Shown here in pieces: positions 19,913 through 28,952 of a DNA stretch of 64,000 nucleotides; within the stretch, counting starts at the first letter, position 1; each line of letters opens with the position of its first letter. The translations under genes were made by a program, and so were the position numbers. This DNA comes from an uncultured Lachnospiraceae bacterium (GTDB lineage Bacteria > Bacillota > Clostridia > Oscillospirales > CAG-272): assembly GCA_964570825.1 (NCBI GenBank), contig CAZMZJ010000008.1:24853-88852 (forward strand), written 5' to 3'. The notes under the pieces were generated by a model. It was given only the letters and a program-made list of their open reading frames with translations. It did no database searches and was not told where the DNA came from.

Positions 19913-20296
19913 TTACCTTCTTTTTTGCTGCAGAGTCGGGAGCGCGTCCCGTAAAATTTTGAGAGAAATAATAATAAACGACGTTTCAAGAGTATCTTTG
20001 AATTCTGTGACAAACTGTTCATATATTGCAGTGCAGGGAATAAGCAGCGTGGTCTGCCGGATATGAATATCGTCGTTGAAATCGAGCAAAGTATGCAGCA
20101 AATAAAATTTGTTTTCCGGATATTTTAGCTTGGCATACTTAAATCTAATAATTCCGGGTATTGCTGATACACGTTTTTCTGCATAAACAAACGGCTCTAT
20201 TTCATAATCTTTATTCAGAGCGTGAATAAGCTCGGAAATTCCCGGGCCGGCGCCGAAAAGAAGGATATACGGCTTTTGCTCAAGGAGGTTTTCCAT
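19913..20296 (-). CDS. Hypothetical 127-aa protein; possible pre-ATP-grasp (carboxylate-amine ligase N-terminal) domain remnant
   Basis: An ORF with AAAGGA upstream of ATG 20296. The track's ATG 20344 lies within an extended -10 (TGgTATAAT). The layout KPYILLFGAG...TLLIPCTAIYEQFV resembles the N-domain of D-Asp-ligase-type ATP-grasp enzymes, but no ATP-grasp domain follows. Confidence 0.4.
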   Translation of the reverse strand: MENLLEQKPYILLFGAGPGISELIHALNKDYEIEPFVYAEKRVSAIPGIIRFKYAKLKYPENKFYLLHTLLDFNDDIHIRQTTLLIPCTAIYEQFVTEFKDTLETSFIIISLKILRDALPTLQQKRR

Positions 20297-20486
20297 ACAG
20301 GTGTCATCCTTTCCCTTTGCACTTTCCTGGTTGATATTTAACATACATTATACCATACTGAACCGATAAAATAAATAGAATTTTCGCCTCTGAAAGCTTT
20401 TTTATATGAATTGACTTGAAATAGACGGAATTATTATATATAATTAGCAAGAGAGAATTGCGGAGCGAGAGGTTTATATTGTCACT

Positions 20487-21059
20487 ATGAAAAGGGAATC
20501 TGTTTACAGGATTTTTTCCAATATCCCGGAACTTAAAACTGAGCGTCTCGTGCTTCGGAAAATGCTTGTTAAAGATGCCGACGATATGTTTGAGTATGCA
20601 AGACGCGCCGATGTTACAAAATATCTTACATGGAGTCCGCATCCAAGCCGCGCCTATACAAAGGAGTATCTTGAATATATCGCGACAAGATACGCCGCAG
20701 GCGAATTTTATGACTGGGCGGTGACTGACGCACGAACCGGCAAAATGATAGGAACATGCGGGTTCACGAAATTTGATTTTATGTCAAACAGCGCAGAGGT
20801 CGGATATGTGTTAAATCCGGTTTTCTGGGGTCACGGATACGCCTGCGAAGCGCTTGAAGCGGTGCTTAATTTCGGCTTCTGCAACCTTAAGCTAAACCGG
20901 ATTGAAGCAAGGTATATGGAAGGCAACATCGCATCAAGAAGAGTTATGGAAAAATCAGGGATGAAATATGAGGGAATGTTCCGCCAGTCTCTTTTGATAC
21001 ACGGCGAATACCGTAATGTCTGCGTGTGCTCGATACTTAACTGCGAGTACATCAGATAG
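20487..21059 (+). CDS. GNAT family N-acetyltransferase (RimJ/RimL-like)
   Basis: 190 aa; TERLVLRKM start of the domain and the WGHGYACEAL acetyl-CoA-binding region. Confidence 0.85.
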   Translation: MKRESVYRIFSNIPELKTERLVLRKMLVKDADDMFEYARRADVTKYLTWSPHPSRAYTKEYLEYIATRYAAGEFYDWAVTDARTGKMIGTCGFTKFDFMSNSAEVGYVLNPVFWGHGYACEALEAVLNFGFCNLKLNRIEARYMEGNIASRRVMEKSGMKYEGMFRQSLLIHGEYRNVCVCSILNCEYIR

Positions 21060-21135
21060 AAAGATAGAATAAAATATGATTTTTCATATATGCAGGAATG
21101 TGGCGTCAGAATTGCAATATTATATAAAATATATG

Positions 21136-21163
21136 TTGACAATATCACATAAAATGGTATAAT
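21136..21163 (+). promoter_or_regulatory. SigA-type promoter of the rpiR-family gene
   Basis: TTGACA, 16 nt, TATAAT with TGn extended -10, about 40 nt upstream of ATG 21203. Confidence 0.7.
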
Positions 21164-21202
21164 CAGATATGAAATATCAGCGTTTTACGATGTGAGGGAT
21201 AA

Positions 21203-22066
21203 ATGATACATGATATTTTAAATTCAATGGAAACAAAAATGACTGACTTTTCAAAGGGTCAGCGCGCCATTGCAAGGTATATAATTGAGAATTATGAAAA
21301 AGCGGCGTATATGACCGCTGCAAAACTCGGAAGCCTTACAGGGGTGTCGGAATCGACTGTCGTCAGATTTGCTCTTGAGCTGGGTTATGAGGGATATCCT
21401 GAAATGCAGCGCGCCTTGCAGGAACTCACACGAACAAAACTCGACTCGGTGCAGCGGATGGAAGTCACAAACACTCTGATCGGTAATTCCGACATACTTG
21501 ACAAGGTGCTTGTTTCTGATATGGATAAGATCCGCCATACTCTTGAGCAGATTGACAAGAAGGCTTTCTATAACGCAATTGACAAAATCGTTTCGGCAAA
21601 AAATATATATATTATAGGCGTAAGATCATCATCATATCTTGCAGGATTCATGAATTACAGTTTCAGAATGATTTTCGACAATGTACGCCTAATCCAGACA
21701 ACCTCGGCAAGCGAGATGTTCGAGCAGATAATACAGATTGGCGAGGGAGACGTTATGATTGCCGTAAGCTTCCCGCGGTATTCAAAACGGAGCATCAACG
21801 CCGTTGCCTTTGCGCGCACGCGGGGAGCTGATGTCGTGGCGATAACGGACAGCGCGCAGTCTCCGATAGCAGCACACGCTAACCAGCTGCTCACCGCTTG
21901 CTCTGACATGGCATCATTTGTCGACTCTCTTGTGGCGCCGCTGAGTATAATAAACGCAATAATAGTCGCGCTTTCAAGGAAGAAAAAAGAAGAGCTTACC
22001 GTGCGGTTGCGCGAACTTGAAAAAATTTGGGACGAATACGATGTATACGATAAAAACAACACCTGA
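21203..22066 (+). CDS. MurR/RpiR family transcriptional regulator (HTH plus SIS domain)
   Basis: 287 aa; QRAIARYIIENYEKAAYMTAAKLGSLTGVSESTVVRFA HTH_6 region and a SIS domain (IYIIGVRSS...). Confidence 0.88.
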   Translation: MIHDILNSMETKMTDFSKGQRAIARYIIENYEKAAYMTAAKLGSLTGVSESTVVRFALELGYEGYPEMQRALQELTRTKLDSVQRMEVTNTLIGNSDILDKVLVSDMDKIRHTLEQIDKKAFYNAIDKIVSAKNIYIIGVRSSSYLAGFMNYSFRMIFDNVRLIQTTSASEMFEQIIQIGEGDVMIAVSFPRYSKRSINAVAFARTRGADVVAITDSAQSPIAAHANQLLTACSDMASFVDSLVAPLSIINAIIVALSRKKKEELTVRLRELEKIWDEYDVYDKNNT

Positions 22067-23351
22067 TTCCAAAAAAGCAGCATCGTTTGAGCCCGGTGAA
22101 ATGCCAGATTCGGAAGAAAAAAAGTCAGTTGCGGTTATCGGAGGCGGTGCCGCTGGAATGAGAGCTGCCGCTGCGGCGGCAAAATGCGGTGCGAGGGTTA
22201 CACTTTTTGAAAAAAACAAAATACTCGGGAAGAAGCTGCGGATCACGGGCAAAGGAAGATGCAATGTGACGAATGACTGCCAGTTGAACGAGTTCATGGC
22301 AAACATTCCGGCTAACTCCCGTTTTTTATGGTCTGCGCTCAGCCGTTTCTCGCCTGAAAAAACGAAAGAGCTGTTTGAAGGGCTTGGTGTTCCGCTTAAA
22401 ACCGAACGTGGTAAAAGAGTCTTCCCGGTTTCCGACCTTGCGGGAGATATTGCCGGAGCGATGATAAAGGACTGCCGGGCGTCGGGAGTCGACATTGTTC
22501 ATGAAAAGGTGCTGGCGGTTGATATAGCTGACGGCCGTGTTAACGGTGTTATCACAGAAACTGGGAAGTACGGTTTTGATTCTGTGATTGTCTGTACGGG
22601 AGGTTTGTCTTATCCTGGAACAGGCTCTGACGGCGATGGATATAAATTTGCTAAAGCAGCCGGACACCATGTTACTGATCTTGAGCCATCGCTTGTTCCA
22701 ATCGTATGCGACGGAAACATCTGCGCTGAAATGCAGGGACTGTCGCTCAAGAATGTATCTTTGGCTATTTTACGCTGCGACAGCGGAAAAATTGTCTTCG
22801 AGGATTTCGGAGAGATGCTTTTTACGCACTTTGGATTATCAGGTCCGATGATACTCAGTGCGTCGGCGCATATACCTGATATAAAACCCGGAGCTTATGA
22901 AGCCAGAATCGACCTGAAACCGGCGCTTGACGAGGCAAAGCTCGACACGCGAGTGCTGTCTGATTTTCAGAAATATGCGAACCGCGATTTTCAAAACGCG
23001 CTTGACGACCTGCTGCCTCAAAAGATGATTCCTGTGGTTGTAAAGCTTTCTGGCATTGACCCGTATAAAAAAGTCAACTCAGTAACGCGTGAGGAGCGCA
23101 GACAGCTGGTCGGGCTTCTCAAGTGCTTTAAAATAAAGCTGTGTGGATTCAGACCTATCGATGAGGCGATAATTACACGCGGCGGAGTGGATGTTAAGGA
23201 AATAAATCCCAAGACGATGGAATCCAAGCTGGTTTCGGGCCTTTATTTTGCCGGTGAGGTGCTTGATGTTGACGGTTATACCGGCGGCTTCAATCTGCAG
23301 ATTGCATTTTCGACCGGGACGCTCGCGGGAGAGAGCGCAGCAGGAGCATAA
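22041..23351 (+). CDS. HI0933/BaiN-like NAD(P)/FAD-dependent flavoprotein
   Basis: VAVIGGGAAGMRAA dinucleotide fold; GKKLRITGKGRCNVTN; C-terminal GLYFAGEVLDVDGYTGGFNLQ. The start is uncertain (TTG 22017 or ATG 22041). Confidence 0.85.
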   Translation: MYTIKTTPDSKKAASFEPGEMPDSEEKKSVAVIGGGAAGMRAAAAAAKCGARVTLFEKNKILGKKLRITGKGRCNVTNDCQLNEFMANIPANSRFLWSALSRFSPEKTKELFEGLGVPLKTERGKRVFPVSDLAGDIAGAMIKDCRASGVDIVHEKVLAVDIADGRVNGVITETGKYGFDSVIVCTGGLSYPGTGSDGDGYKFAKAAGHHVTDLEPSLVPIVCDGNICAEMQGLSLKNVSLAILRCDSGKIVFEDFGEMLFTHFGLSGPMILSASAHIPDIKPGAYEARIDLKPALDEAKLDTRVLSDFQKYANRDFQNALDDLLPQKMIPVVVKLSGIDPYKKVNSVTREERRQLVGLLKCFKIKLCGFRPIDEAIITRGGVDVKEINPKTMESKLVSGLYFAGEVLDVDGYTGGFNLQIAFSTGTLAGESAAGA

Positions 23352-23418
23352 TAATATATAAATATAAACGGTATTTCGGCGTTATGAATGTCACAATACA
23401 ATAATATTTGAGGTATTT

Positions 23419-24090
23419 ATGATAAAAATTGCAATTGACGGACCCAGCGGAGCGGGAAAAAGCACACTTGCGAAATCGCTTGCAAAAAAACTGGGCATAA
23501 TATATGTCGACACCGGAGCGCTTTACCGGACGGTCGGATATTATGTTAAGGAAAAAGGAATTGACCCGAAGGATGCTGAAAAAGTTGAGGCTTTGCTTCC
23601 GGAAATAAAAATCGAGCTGAAATACGAGAACGGCGTTCAAAGTGTTTATCTCAACGGAGAGGATCTCGGAGATAGAATACGCCGCCCGGAAATCTCAATG
23701 TACGCGTCGGCGGTGTCAGCAATTCCCGCGGTGCGTGCATTCCTGCTTGAAACGCAGAAAGATGTAGCAAGAAAAAACAGCGTGATAATGGACGGGCGGG
23801 ATATCGGGACCGTGATTATGCCGGACGCCGACGTGAAAATATTCCTTGTCGCATCCGACGAGGACAGAGCACGCAGAAGATTTGAAGAGCTTCGCGAAAA
23901 GGGGCAGGATGTCAGCTATGACAAGGTGCTGAAGGAAATGCGCGAGAGGGATGCGAACGACAGAAAACGCGAAATCGCGCCTGCTGTTCCGGCCGCCGAC
24001 GCCGTGCTGCTCGACAACTCCGGCTACACAAGCGAAATGTCGCTTGAAGCCGCGCTTAATATTATAAACAGCAGGCTGGGTATAAAATGA
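23419..24090 (+). CDS. cmk: Cytidylate kinase
   Basis: IAIDGPSGAGKSTLAKSLAKKLG..YVDTGALYR. Confidence 0.95.
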   Translation: MIKIAIDGPSGAGKSTLAKSLAKKLGIIYVDTGALYRTVGYYVKEKGIDPKDAEKVEALLPEIKIELKYENGVQSVYLNGEDLGDRIRRPEISMYASAVSAIPAVRAFLLETQKDVARKNSVIMDGRDIGTVIMPDADVKIFLVASDEDRARRRFEELREKGQDVSYDKVLKEMRERDANDRKREIAPAVPAADAVLLDNSGYTSEMSLEAALNIINSRLGIK

Positions 24091-24737
24091 AAGGAACATA
24101 TGCGTTTTTTCACAAGCTGCTGGCAGCTTTTTTTCGGTTTATATTCAGGATAAAGGTTTGCGGCCGCGAATATGAACCCAAAACTGACGGCGGCGCATAT
24201 CTTATCTGTGCAAACCATATGTCGGGATGGGATGTGATATGGCTTGCGGCAGCTCTCAAATACAAGCAGATTCATTTCATGGCAAAATCGGAGCTGTTCA
24301 AAATTCCGCTTCTTGGGTGGCTTATCCGCTCGCTCGGCGCTTATCCGGTTAACCGGGGTGCCGCTGATATTTCAAGCATACGGACGACCATGTCGATGCT
24401 TGAGAATGGCGAGTGCGTTTGCATATTTCCGCAGGGACACAGATATCGGGGAATCAATCCGCTTGACACGGAAGTTAAAAGCGGAGCGGGTATGATAGCA
24501 TACCGCTCAGGAGTCGATGTACTTCCGGTATATATAAAAGCTAAAAATTTCCGTTCCTCGGTATTTGCCGGGAAAACTGTAATAATCGGTAAGCCTATTC
24601 CGAATTCAATCATAAATAAGTTGCATGACGAAGGCGCAGAATACGGCAGGATATCCCGGTTTATCTTTAACGAGATCTGTGCGCTCGGCGGACTGATAAA
24701 AAAAGAGTATGGCGGAGAAGCACATGAACATGAATAA
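24087..24737 (+). CDS. plsC: 1-acyl-sn-glycerol-3-phosphate acyltransferase
   Basis: NHMSGWD (HX4D) and FPQG motifs. ATGA overlap with cmk. Confidence 0.88.
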   Translation: MKGTYAFFHKLLAAFFRFIFRIKVCGREYEPKTDGGAYLICANHMSGWDVIWLAAALKYKQIHFMAKSELFKIPLLGWLIRSLGAYPVNRGAADISSIRTTMSMLENGECVCIFPQGHRYRGINPLDTEVKSGAGMIAYRSGVDVLPVYIKAKNFRSSVFAGKTVIIGKPIPNSIINKLHDEGAEYGRISRFIFNEICALGGLIKKEYGGEAHEHE

Positions 24738-26775
24738 TATTACAATAGCAGTAAGTTCGGGCTTCTGCTTCGGCGTCAGAAGAGCAGCGGACAGTATCGA
24801 AAAAAAACTTCGCGAATCTGCCCCGGGCGAGAGGATATGCACGCTTGGGAAACTGATTCATAACGACGCCTATAATTCATATCTTGCATCACGTGGAGTT
24901 AGGATAGTTGGCAATACAGATATTGTTGCGCTCGCGTCATCGGCGACGGAAGGCTCGCCGGTGACGCTGTTTGTGCGCGCGCACGGCATAACGAAGGAAA
25001 CCGGGCAATTGCTTGCCGATGCTGCCGCGGGAAATTCAAATTTCAAATATGTAGACTGCACCTGCCCGTATGTGAAAAAAATACACTCGATAGCTTCGGA
25101 GAACTCCGGAGAAGGGAAATGTTTTATCCTTATGGGGGACTCCGGGCATCCGGAAGTAATAGGGATTCTGAGCTTTGCTAAGGGAGAGAAATATGTTTTT
25201 TCCTCGGCGGATGAGCTTGAAAAAGCTGCTGAGGAAGGGTTGTTAGGCGATTTGCACAAAAAAAGCACTGTTATTGCGGCTCAAACCACCTTCGATTTGT
25301 CGGAGTGGAAAAAAAGTCAGAAAATATTGAAAAAGCTATATACAAATCCTATTATTTTTGATACAATATGTGGTGTTACTGAAAAACGCCAGACAGAAGC
25401 AAAAAGTCTTTCGGAACAATGCGGACTCATGATAGTTATAGGAGGACGCGATAGCTCGAACACCAAAAAACTATATGACATCTGCAAAAAAAACTGCCCC
25501 GCTGCCTATCTGGTGGCAGACGACGCAGAGCTCCGTGCGATTCTGCCGGAGATAAAATCGTTAGTTTCCCGTAAAAGAACGGGGATTGTCGCGGGTGCAT
25601 CAACGCCTGCCGGCATAATACAGGAGGTATACAAAACAATGAGCGAAATTACTGAGATCAAAGCTGAAAACTTTGAGGAAATGCTCGAATCATCACTGAA
25701 AACTTTAAATACAGGAGACACCGTTACCGGTATCGTTACATCGGTAACTGACGCGGAGCTTCAGCTTGACCTCGGCGCAAAAGTTACCGGCGTCATCACC
25801 GCCGACCAGGCAACGGATGACCCCTCTGAAAAGCTGACGGCGATATTTAAGGTTGGAGACAAAGTTGACGCATTTGTCATCAAGGTGAGCGACATCGACG
25901 GGGTAGCCACGCTTTCGAAAAAGCGCATCGATTCTGATAAAAACTGGCAGAAAGTCGCTGCCGCAAAGGACACAGAGGAGGTTCTTGAGGGCAAGGTCGT
26001 TTCCGTCAACAAGGGCGGCGTTGAAGTAAGCGTTAATTCAAACCGCGTTTTTGTTCCTGCTTCGCAGACCGGAATTCCGAAGGGCGAGGATATGTCAAAG
26101 CTGGTCGGCGAGACCGTACGCATACGTATTATCGAGGTAAAAGAACAGGGTAAGCGGGCTATAGGCTCCATAAGAATGGTTATCCGCGATGAAAAACGCG
26201 CACGTGAAGCTGCTTTCTGGGACACGCTTGCGGTCGGACAGCAGTTCACAGGTAAAGTCAAGAGTCTAACCAGCTACGGTGCGTTTGTGGATCTTGGCGG
26301 AGTTGACGGCATGGTACATACCACCGAGCTGTCATGGAAGCACATCAAGTCCCCCGCAGAGGTGGTTTCGGTAGGCGACGAGCTTACAGTGTTCGTCAAG
26401 AGCTTTGACCCTGAGAAAAAGCGCATATCTCTCGGCTATAAGACCGAAGAGACCGAGCCGTGGCGCATATTCACAAGCAAATATGCTGTCGGTGACGTTG
26501 TAAACGTCAAGATAGTAAGTATGATGCCATTCGGAGCATTTGCGGAAATAATCGACGGCGTCGACGGGCTTATTCACATCTCGCAGATATCGACCAAGCG
26601 CATTGCAAAACCGCAGGATGTTCTGAACATCGGCGACATGGTTGATGCCAAGATAGTCGGGATCGATGATGAAAAGAAGAAAGTCAGCCTTTCAATTCGC
26701 GCGCTGCTTGAGGAGGCTCCGGCCGAAACCGCAGAAGAAACCTGCTCCTGCGAACAGTGCCAACAGCAGCAATAA
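24724..26775 (+). CDS. ispH: Bifunctional IspH (HMBPP reductase) / ribosomal protein S1 fusion
   Basis: N-terminal about 285 aa LytB/IspH (GFCFGVRRA, CPYV, GGRDSSNT), then four S1 repeats (GDTVTGIV..., VLEGKVVSV..., GQQFTGKVKSLTSYGAFVDL, GDVVNVKIVSMMPFGAFAEI). The start is ATG 24724 (GGAGAAG upstream); 24709 and 24730 are also possible. Confidence 0.9.
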   Translation: MNMNNITIAVSSGFCFGVRRAADSIEKKLRESAPGERICTLGKLIHNDAYNSYLASRGVRIVGNTDIVALASSATEGSPVTLFVRAHGITKETGQLLADAAAGNSNFKYVDCTCPYVKKIHSIASENSGEGKCFILMGDSGHPEVIGILSFAKGEKYVFSSADELEKAAEEGLLGDLHKKSTVIAAQTTFDLSEWKKSQKILKKLYTNPIIFDTICGVTEKRQTEAKSLSEQCGLMIVIGGRDSSNTKKLYDICKKNCPAAYLVADDAELRAILPEIKSLVSRKRTGIVAGASTPAGIIQEVYKTMSEITEIKAENFEEMLESSLKTLNTGDTVTGIVTSVTDAELQLDLGAKVTGVITADQATDDPSEKLTAIFKVGDKVDAFVIKVSDIDGVATLSKKRIDSDKNWQKVAAAKDTEEVLEGKVVSVNKGGVEVSVNSNRVFVPASQTGIPKGEDMSKLVGETVRIRIIEVKEQGKRAIGSIRMVIRDEKRAREAAFWDTLAVGQQFTGKVKSLTSYGAFVDLGGVDGMVHTTELSWKHIKSPAEVVSVGDELTVFVKSFDPEKKRISLGYKTEETEPWRIFTSKYAVGDVVNVKIVSMMPFGAFAEIIDGVDGLIHISQISTKRIAKPQDVLNIGDMVDAKIVGIDDEKKKVSLSIRALLEEAPAETAEETCSCEQCQQQQ

Positions 26776-26786
26776 AATGTTTTCAA

Positions 26787-26830
26787 AAACAGGAACGTCC
26801 GCATTCGGCGGAAGTTCCTGTTTTTATTTT
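26787..26830 (+). terminator. Rho-independent terminator after ispH/rpsA
   Basis: acaggaac...gttcctgt stem with inner gtccgc/gcggaa pairing, followed by a tttttatttt run. Confidence 0.85.
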
Positions 26831-26950
26831 AATATATATCGATTTACAAATTCCGCTTTTTATCGGGCGGATATTGTAAAAATGTTGCCTGTGATGTATA
26901 ATTTACTATTGTAAATATGTATCATGTCATATGGAAGGATGGTCGTGAAA

Positions 26951-27493
26951 ATGGATTTTGATGTGATAAAGAAGCAGGCATCCGACGCCGTTGCCGAACT
27001 GCTTTCATGCGCAGGTCTTAAGCCCGGCGATATTTTTGTCGTCGGCTGCTCGTCGTCGGAAATAATGGGTGGAAAAATCGGAAAAGAATCATCTCTTGAG
27101 GCTGCCGAGGCAGCATTTGCCGGAATATACCCGGTTTTGTGCGAGCATGGGATTTATCTTGCCGCCCAATGCTGCGAGCATTTGAACAGGGCTCTGATAA
27201 TTGAAAGGGAATGCGCCGAGAAGTACGGTTATGAGATTGTATCTGTTGTCCCGCAGCCGAAAGCGGGAGGATCGTTTGCAACGACTGCGTATGCCAATTT
27301 CAAAAATCCCGTGGCTGTTGAGCATATAAAAGCCAATGCCGGAATGGATATCGGTGATACTATTATTGGAATGCACCTGCGCGATGTGGCGGTTCCGGTA
27401 AGACTTAATATTCATCGGATAGGCGAGGCCAATCTTGTCTGCGCGAGAACAAGGCCGAAATATATCGGCGGCGAGAGGGCAAAGTATAATTAA
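26951..27493 (+). CDS. TIGR01440/DUF436 family protein
   Basis: The FVVGCSSSEIMGGKIG motif and about 180 aa size are typical of the family. The start is ambiguous (GTG 26945 or ATG 26951). Confidence 0.7.
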   Translation: MDFDVIKKQASDAVAELLSCAGLKPGDIFVVGCSSSEIMGGKIGKESSLEAAEAAFAGIYPVLCEHGIYLAAQCCEHLNRALIIERECAEKYGYEIVSVVPQPKAGGSFATTAYANFKNPVAVEHIKANAGMDIGDTIIGMHLRDVAVPVRLNIHRIGEANLVCARTRPKYIGGERAKYN

Positions 27494-27659
27494 ATATTGT
27501 TTGGTTATGACAAATACTAATATGCCGGGATGCTCTGAATGTCTTAACATAATGAATATTTGCAGGCACAAGTATAAGTATAATGGTTTTTGGAAGATTT
27601 ATAACTTTTTTTGAGAAGTAAGCCAATGTCTTTAAATTTTAGAAAGGTAATAAAACAAC

Positions 27660-28844
27660 TTGGCAGATTTTGAATTGGTTGCAACTTGTCTGTTCGGTCT
27701 TGAGAAATTGCTCGGAAGCGAAATAGATGCGCTGGGGCTTAAAAGAATCGACACAATGGACGGCAGGGTTACATTTTCAGGCAATGAACTTGACATAGCA
27801 AGAGCAAATATTAACTTAAGGACAGCGGAGCGGGTGATGATTAAGCTCGGCTCCTTTTCCGCGAAAACATTTGACGAACTGTTTGAGGGAACCAAGGCTT
27901 TGCCGTGGGAGAGATTCATCGGCAGAAACGACGGTTTTCCGGTGAAAGGACACTCGATTAAAAGCGGTCTGACTTCGATTCCGGACTGCCAGAAAATAAT
28001 TAAGAAGGCTATCGTCGACAGGCTGTCGTCAAAGTACGGGATTAAATGGTTTGAAGAGAGCGGAACAAAATACCAGATAGAATTTTTTATTTTCAAGGAT
28101 ATCGCCGCACTTATGATTGACACCTCGGGCGTCGCGCTTCATAAGCGCGGGTACCGTCCCGAAGCCGGACTTGCACCTCTGCGCGAGACGCTCGCCGCGG
28201 CGCTTGTAATGACGTCACGCCCGAGAGCCGATGTCCTTTTATGGGATCCATTCTGCGGCTCCGGAACTATAGCGATAGAAGGCGCGATGATAATGACCGG
28301 GAAGGCTCCCGGCGTCGGGCGCGGGTTCGCAGGCGAAGCCTTCGCCCAGCTTCCGCCGGCAATCTGGAAGGAAGCCAGAGAACAGGCAATGTCTGCCGCT
28401 GCGCCGGCTCCGGACTATGAAGTCTGGGCGTCGGATATTGATAACGAGATGCTGAAGCTTTCCGACGCAAACGCGCGACGCGCAGGAGTGCTGAAAAATA
28501 TAAAAATTTTCATGGCAGACGCCAGAAAAATCGAGAAGCCCGACCGGCGCGGGACAATAGTCTGTAATCCGCCATACGGGGAACGGATGCTTGAGATTTC
28601 GGAAGCCGAGCGGCTTTACCGCGAGATTGGGAAAAATTTTTCAAGGTTTGGAATGTGGCAGATTTATATTCTTTCCGCATCCGAGAATTTCGAGCGGCTC
28701 TACGGCAGGCGCGCCGATAAAATTCGCAAGCTTTATAACGGCATGATCCCCTGTAATCTTTATCAGTTTTTCAAACCGGAAGGCGGATTCAGGGAAGACA
28801 CGAAAAATTCTAAAAACGGAATAAATGATAATAAAAAGTCTTGA
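27660..28844 (+). CDS. THUMP-domain class I SAM-dependent RNA methyltransferase (RlmL/YpsC-like)
   Basis: The N-terminal FELVATCLFGLE THUMP pattern, DPFCGSGT SAM motif and NPPYGER catalytic motif. Apparent TTG start. Confidence 0.85.
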   Translation: MADFELVATCLFGLEKLLGSEIDALGLKRIDTMDGRVTFSGNELDIARANINLRTAERVMIKLGSFSAKTFDELFEGTKALPWERFIGRNDGFPVKGHSIKSGLTSIPDCQKIIKKAIVDRLSSKYGIKWFEESGTKYQIEFFIFKDIAALMIDTSGVALHKRGYRPEAGLAPLRETLAAALVMTSRPRADVLLWDPFCGSGTIAIEGAMIMTGKAPGVGRGFAGEAFAQLPPAIWKEAREQAMSAAAPAPDYEVWASDIDNEMLKLSDANARRAGVLKNIKIFMADARKIEKPDRRGTIVCNPPYGERMLEISEAERLYREIGKNFSRFGMWQIYILSASENFERLYGRRADKIRKLYNGMIPCNLYQFFKPEGGFREDTKNSKNGINDNKKS

Positions 28845-28868
28845 CAATATTCGATATTGTGTTATAAT
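28841..28868 (+). promoter_or_regulatory. SigA-type promoter of uvrA
   Basis: TTGACA, 16 nt, TATAAT with TGn. The -35 overlaps the upstream stop codon. Confidence 0.7.
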
Positions 28869-28952
28869 AATTCCAAATAAAGAATATTGCATTAAGGCAT
28901 AATAAATAATCGCGGCGGCAATCCGCGCGGTTCCATGCCGTCAGAGGTAAAA

